Source: an uncultured Victivallales bacterium
Lineage (GTDB): Bacteria > Verrucomicrobiota > Kiritimatiellia > UBA8416
DNA: 64,000 nucleotides
Reading direction: 5' to 3'
Assembly (NCBI GenBank): GCA_964472315.1
Contig: CAYYJS010000016.1
Coordinates: forward strand, 265 to 64,264
The notes beneath the pieces are model-generated. The model saw only the letters and a list, made by a program, of their open reading frames with translations. It ran no database searches and had not been told where the DNA came from. This document shows, piece by piece, positions 55,177-64,000 of this stretch (position 1 is the first letter of the stretch; the number at the start of each line of letters is the position of its first letter). The translations under genes were made by a program, and so were the position numbers.

Positions 55177-57630
55177 TTACACGCCCAACCGATTCCGTCG
55201 CACGATCTCGCCGCACGTCGGGTTGGTTGTCATGACATGTCCCGCCAGCGGCAGGACTTGCTCGTGGATCGCATCCAGGATCCAGGCGGCCTGCGGGAAA
55301 AAGGCATCTTCCAGCTCCGCGGCCGGTGTGATCCAGTTGCGCGAACCGACTACGACCGGCGGCGCGTCCAGGTGGTCGAACGCCAGCACGCCCAGGTTCG
55401 AGGCGATGTTGTGCAGCACCGAACCGCGTTCGCAGGCATCCGAGGCCAGCACCACGCGGCCGGTCTTCCTGACCGATTCCACGAGCGGCGCGTAGTCCAG
55501 CGGGTTGATGCACCGGCAGTCCCAGACATCCGCGGTCAGGCCGTATTTCGCCTGCAGTGTATCCGCCGCCTCAAGCGCCCGGTACAGCGTCGCACCCACG
55601 GTGATCAGCGTGATATCGCCGCCGTCACGGCGCTTCGCCGGCGGTCCCAACGGCACTTCGTAGTAACCCGCCGGCACCTCCTTTTCGAAGAGTTCGCCGA
55701 TGTCGTACAGCCGCTGACTCTCGAAGAAGACCACCGGATCGCTGCCGTGCAGCGCCGCATTGAGCATCCCCTTCGCGTCGTACGGCGTCACCGGGAAGCA
55801 GACCTTGAGCCCCGGGATGTGGTTGACCAGCGCGCTCCAGTCCTGCGAGTGCTGCGCCCCATACTTGGCGCCGACCGAGACGCGCAGCACCACCGGCATC
55901 TCCAGAATGCCGGCCGACATGCTCTGCCACTTCGCGAGCTGGTTGAAGATCTCATCCCCGGCGCGTCCCATGAAGTCGCAGTACATCAACTCCACCAGCG
56001 CCCGGCCGCCCTCCAGCGCGTACCCGACGGCCGTGCCGACGATCGCGCCCTCGGAAATCGGCGAGTTGAACAGCCGGTGATACGGCAGCGCCTCCGTAAG
56101 CCCGCGGTAGCACGCGAACGCGCCGCCCCAGTCGCGGTTCTCCTCGCCGTACGCCACCAGCGTCGGGTCCGCCTTGAAGCGATGCAGCGCCGCCTCGAAA
56201 ATCGCGTCGCGGAATTGCAGCACCTGGTTCTTCGGCACGGGTTTGCCGTCGACGATGCCCGCGCGTGATCGCCGTGACAGCGCCTTGACGCGCGGATTCT
56301 CGTCGCCTGCGTCAAGCAGTTCGGGGGCGCCCTCGCCGTAGCGATCCTTCGCCTTGTTGGAGAACATCACATCTTCGATGAACCCCGCCTGGATGCGCGG
56401 CGATATGGTCACGTCCGCGGCCAGACGGCACGCCGTCGCCGTCACGGTCACCGCCGCGCTCTTGATGGCCTCGAACCGATCGTCCGCCAGCACGCCGGCA
56501 GCCTTGAGTTGCCCGGCGAACGCCGCGATCGAATCGTGCTTCTGCCACAGCTCGACTTCGTCCTTATCGCGATACGACGAGGCATCGGAAGGCGAATGGC
56601 CCGAGTAACGGTACGTCAGCGTATCCAGCAGCACCGGCCCGTCGCCGCGCTCGATGATCTCGCGCTTGCGCAGGATCGCGTCCGCCACCGCCAGCGGGTT
56701 GTAGCCGTCCACGCGCTCGGCGTGCATCGCGTCGGGATTGACGCCCGCGCCGACACGCGCCATCACCTCGTAGCCCATGGTCTCGCCGGACGTCTGCCCG
56801 CCCATGCCGTAGAAGTTGTTCATGAAGTTGAAGATGATCGGCAATCCGCCACGATGGCCCGCATCCCAGAGTTGCTTGAACTGCGCCATCGAGGCGAAGT
56901 TCAGCGCTTCCCACACGGGACCGCACCCCATTGAGGCGTCGCCGATATTGGCGATGACGATGCCCGGCTTGTGGTTCACCTTCTTGAAGAGCGCCGCCCC
57001 CGCCGCGATATCCGCCGACCCGCCGACGATGGCATTGTTCGGATAGATGCCGAACGGCGTGAAAAAGGCATGCATCGACCCGCCCAGACCGCGGTTAAAG
57101 CCCGGCTTGCGGCCGAAAACCTCCGCCAGCGCCCCGTACACGAGGAAGTACCTGGCCAGTTCACGCACCGAACCGGCCTTGACATGCCGCTCGACGATGC
57201 CCAGGCACTCACCCGCCATGAAGGTTTTCATGACCGTCGTCAGCGTGTCGTCATCCAGCTTGCGGATCGCCGACATGCCCTTGGCCAGGATCTCGCCATG
57301 CGACCGGTGCGACCCGTAGATGTGATCGTCCACCGTCAGATGAAACGCCTGCCCGACCGACGACGCTTCCTGACCCATCGACAGATGGGCCGGCCCCTTG
57401 TGGTCGTAGGCCACGCCCTGATACTCGCCGGCTGTCTTGATCTCGTTGAGCATGAACTCGAATTCGCGGATCAGGACCATGTCTTCCAGCATGCCGACAA
57501 TCGCATCGGCGCCGTATGTTCCGATCTCGTCGCCAAGGCTCGTCTTGTACTGGTTAAGGGGAACCTTGGGGAACTTGAGCGCCCCCGGTTTCCGTTCCTT
57601 CGCGGGATCGACCATCAGATTCTTCGGCAT
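55177..57630 (-). CDS. Fused alpha/beta E1 component of a 2-oxoacid (pyruvate/acetoin/branched-chain) dehydrogenase
   Basis: About 817 aa. The N-terminal half is a TPP-binding E1-alpha ([15 protein letters not shown]). The C-terminal half is a transketolase-like E1-beta ([15 protein letters not shown]). Confidence 0.8.
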   Translation of the reverse strand: MPKNLMVDPAKERKPGALKFPKVPLNQYKTSLGDEIGTYGADAIVGMLEDMVLIREFEFMLNEIKTAGEYQGVAYDHKGPAHLSMGQEASSVGQAFHLTVDDHIYGSHRSHGEILAKGMSAIRKLDDDTLTTVMKTFMAGECLGIVERHVKAGSVRELARYFLVYGALAEVFGRKPGFNRGLGGSMHAFFTPFGIYPNNAIVGGSADIAAGAALFKKVNHKPGIVIANIGDASMGCGPVWEALNFASMAQFKQLWDAGHRGGLPIIFNFMNNFYGMGGQTSGETMGYEVMARVGAGVNPDAMHAERVDGYNPLAVADAILRKREIIERGDGPVLLDTLTYRYSGHSPSDASSYRDKDEVELWQKHDSIAAFAGQLKAAGVLADDRFEAIKSAAVTVTATACRLAADVTISPRIQAGFIEDVMFSNKAKDRYGEGAPELLDAGDENPRVKALSRRSRAGIVDGKPVPKNQVLQFRDAIFEAALHRFKADPTLVAYGEENRDWGGAFACYRGLTEALPYHRLFNSPISEGAIVGTAVGYALEGGRALVELMYCDFMGRAGDEIFNQLAKWQSMSAGILEMPVVLRVSVGAKYGAQHSQDWSALVNHIPGLKVCFPVTPYDAKGMLNAALHGSDPVVFFESQRLYDIGELFEKEVPAGYYEVPLGPPAKRRDGGDITLITVGATLYRALEAADTLQAKYGLTADVWDCRCINPLDYAPLVESVRKTGRVVLASDACERGSVLHNIASNLGVLAFDHLDAPPVVVGSRNWITPAAELEDAFFPQAAWILDAIHEQVLPLAGHVMTTNPTCGEIVRRNRLGV

Positions 57631-57673
57631 GTACGTTCTCCCTTGCCGCACCCGCACCGGGCGCGATTTTCCA

Positions 57674-59020
57674 TCAATGCGCCGTCATCAGCGCGGTTTC
57701 ACGAATCAGTTCACTCACCGTCGGATGCGGAAACACGAGGTCCTCGATTTCCGATACGCGCGTTTCCATCTCGATCATGGCCGCCGCCCCGAAAATCATC
57801 TCGGAGCAGGCGCCGCCGATCATGTGCACGCCCAACAACGCCTGCGTGCGGGCATGCACAACCACTTTGCAGATGCCCCGACCGCCCGCATGCTCGGCCA
57901 GGAACCGGCCGCTGGCGCCCATCTGCATCTTCGCGACCTTCACGGGAATCCCGCGCAGCTTCGCTTCAGCCTCCGTCAACCCGACGGTGGCCACCTCCGG
58001 CGCCGTGTAGACAACACCGGGAATGGCGTCATAGCGCATGCGATCGGCACGCCCCAGGATGTTGTGCACCACCACCTCGCCCATGCGCGACGCGGCATGC
58101 GCGAGCCACTGCCGTCCGGTCACGTCGCCCACGGCCCAGACGCCGGGGATGTTCGTCGCACACCGGTCGTCCACCTTGATCCCGCGGCGATCGAAGTCGA
58201 CCTTCAGGTCCTCCAGCCCCAGGTTCGCCACCGCGCAGGTACGCCCCGTGGCCGCCAGCACATGCGAGGCCTCCGCCTCGTGGGCCTTGCCGCCGACGCT
58301 GAAACTGACCTTGTGGTCGCCGATCCCCTCGACGCGCGCGCCAAGATGAAAGACCACGCCCTTGCCGGACAGTTCCTGCCGCAGCAACTTGGCGACCTCG
58401 GCGTCCACCGCGGGACAAATCTCCGGCAGCATCTCGATGACCGTCACGGGGACTCCGATCGACGCGTAGAAACACGCGAACTCGCAACCGATCACGCCAC
58501 CACCCACGATCGCCAGAGCGGTCGGCTTCTCGGCGAGATTCAGGATGCCCGTGGAGTCATAGACGAACGGTCGATCCAACCCCGGAATCGGCGGACGCGC
58601 GGGCGAGGAGCCCACCGCAATCAGGATGTGACGGCCTTCGTACTCATGATCGCCGGCCCGTACCGTCCGTTTCGCCGTGAGCCGGCCGATGCCGTTGACG
58701 ACCTCGACCTTGCTCCGCTTCATGATGCCCGCCACGCCCTTACGCAGCATCTCGGTCACCGCGTTCTTGCGCGCGATCACCGCAGGCATGTCGAACGACA
58801 CCGATCCGCAGGTCACGCCGAACGCCTCGCCGTGCACCGCGTTGTAATAATGCTTGCCGGAATTGAGCAGCGTTTTCGAGGGCACGCACCCGCAATTCAG
58901 GCACACACCACCCAACTCGCCCTTCTCGATCAGCAGCACCTTCAGACCGGCGTCCCCGGCCCGTTCCGCCGCGACATACCCGCCCGGGCCGCCGCCGATG
59001 ACAATCAGATCGTAACTCAC
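57674..59020 (-). CDS. lpd: Dihydrolipoyl dehydrogenase (E3)
   Basis: [16 protein letters not shown]...[13 protein letters not shown]... with a C-terminal dimerisation motif HPTVSE. GTG start. Confidence 0.9.
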   Translation of the reverse strand: MSYDLIVIGGGPGGYVAAERAGDAGLKVLLIEKGELGGVCLNCGCVPSKTLLNSGKHYYNAVHGEAFGVTCGSVSFDMPAVIARKNAVTEMLRKGVAGIMKRSKVEVVNGIGRLTAKRTVRAGDHEYEGRHILIAVGSSPARPPIPGLDRPFVYDSTGILNLAEKPTALAIVGGGVIGCEFACFYASIGVPVTVIEMLPEICPAVDAEVAKLLRQELSGKGVVFHLGARVEGIGDHKVSFSVGGKAHEAEASHVLAATGRTCAVANLGLEDLKVDFDRRGIKVDDRCATNIPGVWAVGDVTGRQWLAHAASRMGEVVVHNILGRADRMRYDAIPGVVYTAPEVATVGLTEAEAKLRGIPVKVAKMQMGASGRFLAEHAGGRGICKVVVHARTQALLGVHMIGGACSEMIFGAAAMIEMETRVSEIEDLVFPHPTVSELIRETALMTAH

Positions 59021-59036
59021 GTCCAGTCCCTCCCCG

Positions 59037-60374
59037 CTATTCCGCGAACATCAGATCGAAGCTTTCGAGCATCCTGCACAGAAGATTCAGGAACCGCGCC
59101 CCCGGCGCGCCGTCCACGGCCTGATGGTCCACCGTCAGGCTGAGGTTGATCGCCTGCACATGCGTCACGACGCCGTCCTTCAGCACCGGCTTCAGCATCA
59201 GGCCGCCGATCCCGAGGATGGCCACCTCCGGGATGTTCAAGACGGGCGTGAAACTCTCGACACCCAGCATGCCCATGTTCGTGATCGTGAACGTCCCGCC
59301 CGTCAGGAGGTCCGGGTTCACGTTGCCTTTCTGACACGCTTCGAGCACCGGCTTGAGCGCCCTCGACAGCGCGGCTAGCGACAGACGTTCCGCCTGGCGC
59401 ACCACCGGCACCATAAGCCCGCGCGGCGTATCGGTGGCCACGCCCAGGTTGACACTCGGATATTGCACGATGCGGTCGCCCAGGAAGTGCGCATTCAGCT
59501 CCGGCATCTTCCGCAGGGCGCACACAACGGCATACGCGATCGCGTCGTTGATCGTGATGTTCGGCAGACCCAGGGCCTCGCCCTGCGCCTTGACGCGCGC
59601 CCGGAACGCCAGGATCGCGGTCGCGTCAAAACTCATGTTGAGCGTCAACTGGGCCGTGGTCGACAGGGACTGGTGCATCTTCGTCGCGATCAGCTTCCGA
59701 ATGCCGGTCAACTTCACCGTCACCGGTTCGCCCGCGGATACCGCCGGGGCCGCCGCGCCCGCCGCCGCCGGCGCGCCCGCGGGACCGCCCATGTCGCCGG
59801 CCAACACCATGCCGCCGGGGCCGCTGCCCGCCGCCGGCGCCGAAAGACCGGACGCGCGCGCCTCGCGCGCCGCCGCGCTCAGGCGCGGCCTGTCCGCCGC
59901 CGCCTGCACATCGCGCTCAATCACCCGCCCGTGCGGACCGCTGCCGGCTATCGTTGCCGTGTCGATACCCGACGCGCCGGCCAGCTTGCGCGCCCGCGGA
60001 CTCACGCCCGAGGCAGCGCCAGCCGCGCCCGCCGCCACCGCCGGCCGCGTCAACGCGGCGGGAACGGCCGCTTCCGCCGCGGGCGCCGTGACGGCGGTCG
60101 CACCGCCCGTCGGCCGCAGCGACGCGATATCCTCGCCCGGCTCGCCGATCGCCGCGATCGTGGTCAGCACAGGAACATCCGCACCCGCATCGAAGAAGCA
60201 CGCGATCACCGTGCCGGCCGCCGGACTCTCAACCTCGAATACCGCCTTATCCGTCTCGATGCTCGCCAGCGGCGCGCCTTGCGCAACCGCGTCGCCCGCC
60301 TTCACAAGCCATTCGACCAGGATGCAGCTCTCGACCGACTGCCCCTGCCGGGGCATGATTACTGGTGTCGCCAT
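59037..60374 (-). CDS. Dihydrolipoamide acyltransferase (E2)
   Basis: Lipoyl domain (IETDKAVFEVESP), PSBD (SPRARKLA...GSGPHGRV) and catalytic DHQAVDG. Confidence 0.9.
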   Translation of the reverse strand: MATPVIMPRQGQSVESCILVEWLVKAGDAVAQGAPLASIETDKAVFEVESPAAGTVIACFFDAGADVPVLTTIAAIGEPGEDIASLRPTGGATAVTAPAAEAAVPAALTRPAVAAGAAGAASGVSPRARKLAGASGIDTATIAGSGPHGRVIERDVQAAADRPRLSAAAREARASGLSAPAAGSGPGGMVLAGDMGGPAGAPAAAGAAAPAVSAGEPVTVKLTGIRKLIATKMHQSLSTTAQLTLNMSFDATAILAFRARVKAQGEALGLPNITINDAIAYAVVCALRKMPELNAHFLGDRIVQYPSVNLGVATDTPRGLMVPVVRQAERLSLAALSRALKPVLEACQKGNVNPDLLTGGTFTITNMGMLGVESFTPVLNIPEVAILGIGGLMLKPVLKDGVVTHVQAINLSLTVDHQAVDGAPGARFLNLLCRMLESFDLMFAE

Positions 60375-60424
60375 ATCGCTTCTCCTCTCACGAACCGTTC
60401 CTCGAATCCCGCCGCAAACCCGCC

Positions 60425-61267
60425 TCATCCCGACGCGCTGCCGTCCACCCGCCGCCCGCCGACCTCCGTGACATCTCCGCCCCGACTCACCGTCATCACG
60501 CGTACCCCCGCACGCCGCGCCGCCCGCACAAACGCGGGATCGGCCCCGTCGTCGGTAATCAGGATATTCACATCCTTCAACTCGCCCGCTTTCGAAAATG
60601 CCACGCTGCCAAACTTCTCGTGATGCGTCAACAGAACGACTTGCCGGGCGCGGGCCATGACGAGTTCCTTGGTGAACGCCTCGTTCGGGTCGGTCGTACT
60701 CAGACCGTCGTTCAGCGTCAGCCCCATCGTTCCCATGAACGCCTTGTCGACATGAATGCTCTCCAACGTCTGCCGCGTCAGGGCGCCGACGATCGTCTGG
60801 CTGCGCCGCCGCAATTCACCGCCGATCACAATGAGCTTCGGCCCGCCGGCAGCCAGCTCGGCGGCCGCACGGAGCGAATTGGTGACAATGGTCACATCCT
60901 CCCGTGACACCAGCAACCGCGCCAACTCCAACACCGTACTGCCGCCATCCAGATAGATGGTATCGCCTGCCTCAATGAGCGCAAGCGCCGCCGTGGCAAT
61001 CGCGACTTTCTCCGGACGGGCAATGGCTTTCTTGTCGTCGAACAACGGTTCATCCAGGCGCCCGTGCAGTCGCACCGCACCGCCATGCACGCGCCTGACC
61101 TGCCCATGCTCCTCCAATACCTCCAGATCGCGGCGCACAGTCGCCGCCGACACCCCCAGTTCCGCGCACAGCGATTCCACCCGTACCGCGCCGTCGCGTC
61201 GTACGATGGCCATGACCCGGTCCTGTCGTTCCGGCGCCAGATCGCGATGCTGGACTGTCTCGGTCAT
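60425..61267 (-). CDS. DeoR-family transcriptional regulator
   Basis: HTH LCAELGVSAATVRRDLEVLEEHG plus a DeoR C-terminal sensor domain. Confidence 0.85.
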   Translation of the reverse strand: MTETVQHRDLAPERQDRVMAIVRRDGAVRVESLCAELGVSAATVRRDLEVLEEHGQVRRVHGGAVRLHGRLDEPLFDDKKAIARPEKVAIATAALALIEAGDTIYLDGGSTVLELARLLVSREDVTIVTNSLRAAAELAAGGPKLIVIGGELRRRSQTIVGALTRQTLESIHVDKAFMGTMGLTLNDGLSTTDPNEAFTKELVMARARQVVLLTHHEKFGSVAFSKAGELKDVNILITDDGADPAFVRAARRAGVRVMTVSRGGDVTEVGGRRVDGSASG

Positions 61268-61560
61268 AGGTTCCTTCACTGAGTATCGAGCGGATAAAAA
61301 CACCAAACCCGAGCACAGTCAATCATAAACAATCACAATTTTGCACTCGCGGGAACATACCGCTTCAATGGCCCCCTCGACTGCGTGATTGCGCGGCAGG
61401 GGGTGTACCGTTAGCCGGACTTTCGCTATTCGCGGCGAAAATTGATGTAAGTCATTGAAAATCAACGCATCCTTCCTAAAAGTCTGTAGCCACTATGGTA
61501 TTTCGACAGTTCCGGCTGATGAAATTTTTGAAGGGGATTGCGGCGGCAATTTCCATTTCA

Positions 61561-61617
61561 GATCGATAAGGGACAAGATCGATAAAGATCGATAAGGGAC
61601 ATGTCACTCATTGACAT
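61561..61617. repeat. Three GATCGATAA direct repeats followed by the palindrome ATGTCA-n5-TGACAT
   Basis: GATCGATAA at 61561, 61577 and 61587. The longer unit CGATAAGGGACA is at 61564-61575 and 61590-61601. ATGTCA is at 61601-61606 and TGACAT at 61612-61617. Confidence 0.85.
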
Positions 61618-62088
61618 GGCCGGCATATGGGCCAGTTGAGCGTGTGGATTCAGTGGGGCGACGGCCGGATGGGCGGTGTTTGTGGCCTGGTTTCAACGTC
61701 CGCGCGTGGCCGCACGGCGCCGGAGACGTGTTTGCAACCGCTTTTCGGCAGACTCCGTCCGCAGAGGAGCAAGCGTCTTGAATGATCGGCGGGGAACGAT
61801 CTATCAGCCGCTGGGCGCGATCGGCGTCAGACGCAGGTCGCGCATGGTGAACAGCCCCGGCGTGGCCGCGTTCCGCAACTTGCGCGGCCCGCTGCGGCGT
61901 TTGAGCCCGAATTGGTCACGGTGCGCCAAGGTAGTAAGACAACCCCGATCCCCGCACCCGTGCGATCCTCATGCCAACCTCCTATGCCCTGCCCCGAAAC
62001 CACCCCGCATATCCATCTCTCACGACAACCCGCACCCTATCCCCGCCCACGCCAACGCGCAAGCTAATAAATGGTGTGTCCCTTATCG
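61590..62088. repeat. 12-bp inverted repeat pair bracketing a 0.5-kb high-GC non-coding segment (candidate MITE-like element or IS relic)
   Basis: CGATAAGGGACA (61590-61601) and its reverse complement TGTCCCTTATCG (62077-62088). The interior is about 65% GC; the left flank is about 45% GC. Confidence 0.4.
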
Positions 62089-62190
62089 CTTCTCAGCCGA
62101 TCAACAGGGGGACGGGTACGCTGGACGTTACCGTCGATATTGACCGCCCGAGCCATTCACGGCGGACCGGGCGGTCTCGTAAGTAGCAAG

Positions 62191-62790
62191 TCACTGTAAG
62201 AACTTGTTGGTGAAGACTCCCAGGGCCTCACTGATGTTGCTTTGGTTCTGTGAAGACACGAAGAAGTTCGAGATAGACAGATGGTCTGGATCAAACAGCA
62301 CAACCGTGGTCTCGTTCGTGAGTACCAGGCTGCATAGATCAAGGTCGTTGCTTGCCGTGTGCCACAGATCGACACTGATCGTATCGAGTTGTAGCCCGGC
62401 ACCGAACCGCAGGCAACTATGTGAAGTCCGGTTACTGAAGCCACCAGCCGTGATTTCCGCCGACAGATCGTTCGTGGATTCCGCAGCACATCGACTTGAT
62501 GTCATCCCGCGCAAGATCGAGTCCTTGAACGTATACCCATAGCCTTCCGGCAAATCGGCATCGGGCACAGTTTCATACATCGTGGTCTGATTCGTCGAAC
62601 AAGCCCCAAAACCTGCGGGCACCTGTACGACAGATGGGCGATTAGTTTGAACAGTGCCGAGGCTCATGCCCAGGGCGACGTTGGTGGGAAAGCGCGACCA
62701 AACGTTGGTCTCCGCAGTGGCTATGCCACAGAACAACAGAGCATATCCAATAGCAGCGCGGCTCACGATCAGGGCCACATTTGTTTTCAT
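62191..62790 (-). CDS. Hypothetical secreted protein (low-GC island)
   Basis: Signal peptide MKTNVALIVSRAAIGYALLFCGIATA, Ser/Thr/Asn-rich, four Cys. Codon usage is visibly less GC-biased than the core genes. Confidence 0.55.
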   Translation of the reverse strand: MKTNVALIVSRAAIGYALLFCGIATAETNVWSRFPTNVALGMSLGTVQTNRPSVVQVPAGFGACSTNQTTMYETVPDADLPEGYGYTFKDSILRGMTSSRCAAESTNDLSAEITAGGFSNRTSHSCLRFGAGLQLDTISVDLWHTASNDLDLCSLVLTNETTVVLFDPDHLSISNFFVSSQNQSNISEALGVFTNKFLQ

Positions 62791-62804
62791 GTGATTCACA
62801 CTCC

Positions 62805-64000
62805 TCAGTAGATTTTCGTTCCATCCGACTTCCGGATGATCCCCTCGCTGTCCTCTTGCGAGACACTCTGGGGCTTCCAGCCCCATAGCTCGCCATTCGT
62901 CCACTTGCTGGAAAGATCACTGAGGATCGCAGCGGAATCAGGAGCGCCGAGCCCAGTGGTATGCGTGGTTGTAGACCCGACGAAGTTGTTGAAGAGATCC
63001 ATCGTGGAATTGAAGGCCTGTTGCTCCTCATCGTACTTGTTGTCATGCTCGTGGGCTGTGGTGAAGAGGAGTGTCTCCATTTGCGATGGTGTCGGCGGCA
63101 ACGTGTCCGAGACGCAAAGAGCATTCCAGTATGAATGCTGCATTGCGTCCTTCTGCGCACATGGAGATGGGTAAGTGCTATTGACATGGATAAGCGAGGC
63201 CATGGCATAGCCGCCAATCTTCCAGGTCTTCCACGGCGCAAGCAATCCCCCAACCCATGCCTGGCTAAGCACTCCCACGTCGGGCACATCAATGTAGACC
63301 TTCTTGGTCAGACCGCACTGCGGAAAGTCGATGGTGATCTCCTTGGTGCCAGTTGTCGACCATGTGAAGGTGTAGTTCGTCGAGTTATTCGGCACTGTGT
63401 GGTCGGGCGCGGTCCATTGGATGAAGTCCGCCGAGAGAGAGGCGGCAAAGCTATCCGGCTCGATCTGCACGTCGACGCGAATCGGTTCGTTTGGCCAAGT
63501 ACAGAAGAGATTGTCCGCACAACCATTCGTGGGTGTTCCGTCATACTTCGGGTCGCTGCCAGTGGGAGAACCCGGCGAGGCGGGTTGGGTCACTTTCAAG
63601 TCGACTTTAATGACGTTTACGAGACACGTCTCCTGCACCTCGCCAGTCTCCAACGTGCCGTTGAGATCCATGTCGAACCCCATCTGGAAGACGTACGAAC
63701 CGACCGGCAGAGAAATGCCGCGCTTGGTGGCGCTACGCCAATCGTGACCATTCATGTTGGCCGTGGCAGGCGACATGCCCGATCCCTCGATCCGGACTCG
63801 CGCATAGCTCTGGAGAGTCGCTCCATCGACGGGAACACCTTCGTACGGTTCGTCGAGAATCGTCGGCGACACGCGGACAACGGCGCTGGTTTGCGCTTCT
63901 CCCAGCACGATGTACCATTGGCCTGTCATGCCGCAGGTAACGGTTTTGCTGGCATCGGCGGATCGGAGAGTCACCCAATCGAGCTTGGGCACCTGAAAGG
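62805..64000 (-). CDS. Secreted multi-domain protein, N-terminus beyond the window; beta-sandwich-like repeats plus a C-terminal toxin/enzyme-like module
   Basis: Frame is open to the window edge. The C-terminal module carries DAMQHSYWNAL, TAHEHDN and STMDLFNNFVG. It sits in the low-GC region. Confidence 0.6.
   Translation of the reverse strand, partial: FQVPKLDWVTLRSADASKTVTCGMTGQWYIVLGEAQTSAVVRVSPTILDEPYEGVPVDGATLQSYARVRIEGSGMSPATANMNGHDWRSATKRGISLPVGSYVFQMGFDMDLNGTLETGEVQETCLVNVIKVDLKVTQPASPGSPTGSDPKYDGTPTNGCADNLFCTWPNEPIRVDVQIEPDSFAASLSADFIQWTAPDHTVPNNSTNYTFTWSTTGTKEITIDFPQCGLTKKVYIDVPDVGVLSQAWVGGLLAPWKTWKIGGYAMASLIHVNSTYPSPCAQKDAMQHSYWNALCVSDTLPPTPSQMETLLFTTAHEHDNKYDEEQQAFNSTMDLFNNFVGSTTTHTTGLGAPDSAAILSDLSSKWTNGELWGWKPQSVSQEDSEGIIRKSDGTKIY

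Noticed and set aside
61676-62143. 155-aa + strand ORF in the repeat-bracketed segment
   Set aside because: It is Arg/Pro-rich with no motif and no ribosome-binding site. A minus-strand fragment (AHRDQFGLKRRSGPRKLRNAATPGLFTMRDL) was also examined, but it has no start codon and no recognisable family.

Overview
High-GC (about 65-68%) bacterial chromosomal segment, densely coding, with many ATGA/GTGA start-stop overlaps. The gene content (GH2 beta-mannosidase, GH29 fucosidase, LRR Ser/Thr kinase, Tad pilus, glycine-rich RRM protein) hints at a PVC-type lineage, but that is a low-confidence guess. About 55 protein genes are supported; no rRNA, tRNA or CRISPR array was seen.

Core content, in window order:
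- A degenerate histidine-kinase-like protein, an RRM RNA-binding protein and hisI.
- A TonB-receptor/ZnuABC-like metal uptake operon with a translationally coupled methyltransferase.
- xerD, rsmE and a STAS-PP2C-grpE-dnaJ string.
- A ceramidase-like protein, a beta-mannosidase, gnd plus an SDR plus a LarA-like protein, and a relic AAA/PD-(D/E)XK pseudogene.
- accD-accA followed by a carboxyltransferase::BCCP fusion.
- An AddAB-like helicase-nuclease pair, hsp20, a YugP-like peptidase and crcB.
- deoA-cdd-phoH, a fucosidase, and a DeoR-linked E2-E3-fused-E1 2-oxoacid dehydrogenase operon.

The most unusual region is 36.8-50.6 kb:
- An AT-rich promoter island drives a small XRE regulator.
- A two-gene operon encodes a membrane-anchored protein with ten DnaJ-type CxxCxGxG motifs, translationally coupled to a receptor-like Ser/Thr kinase with an LRR ectodomain.
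- That operon is separated by only 44 bp from a divergent, non-canonical Tad/Flp pilus locus. The locus has two Flp pilins, TadE/TadG pseudopilins, CpaB, an FHA::CpaF fusion and TadB/C. No secretin, TadZ or prepilin peptidase is present.

The last 2.7 kb is compositionally foreign (about 45-55% GC). It contains short repeats bracketing a 0.5-kb high-GC insert, plus two secreted proteins, one with a toxin-like C-terminal module.

All calls rest on reading the supplied translations and DNA. No database search was run.
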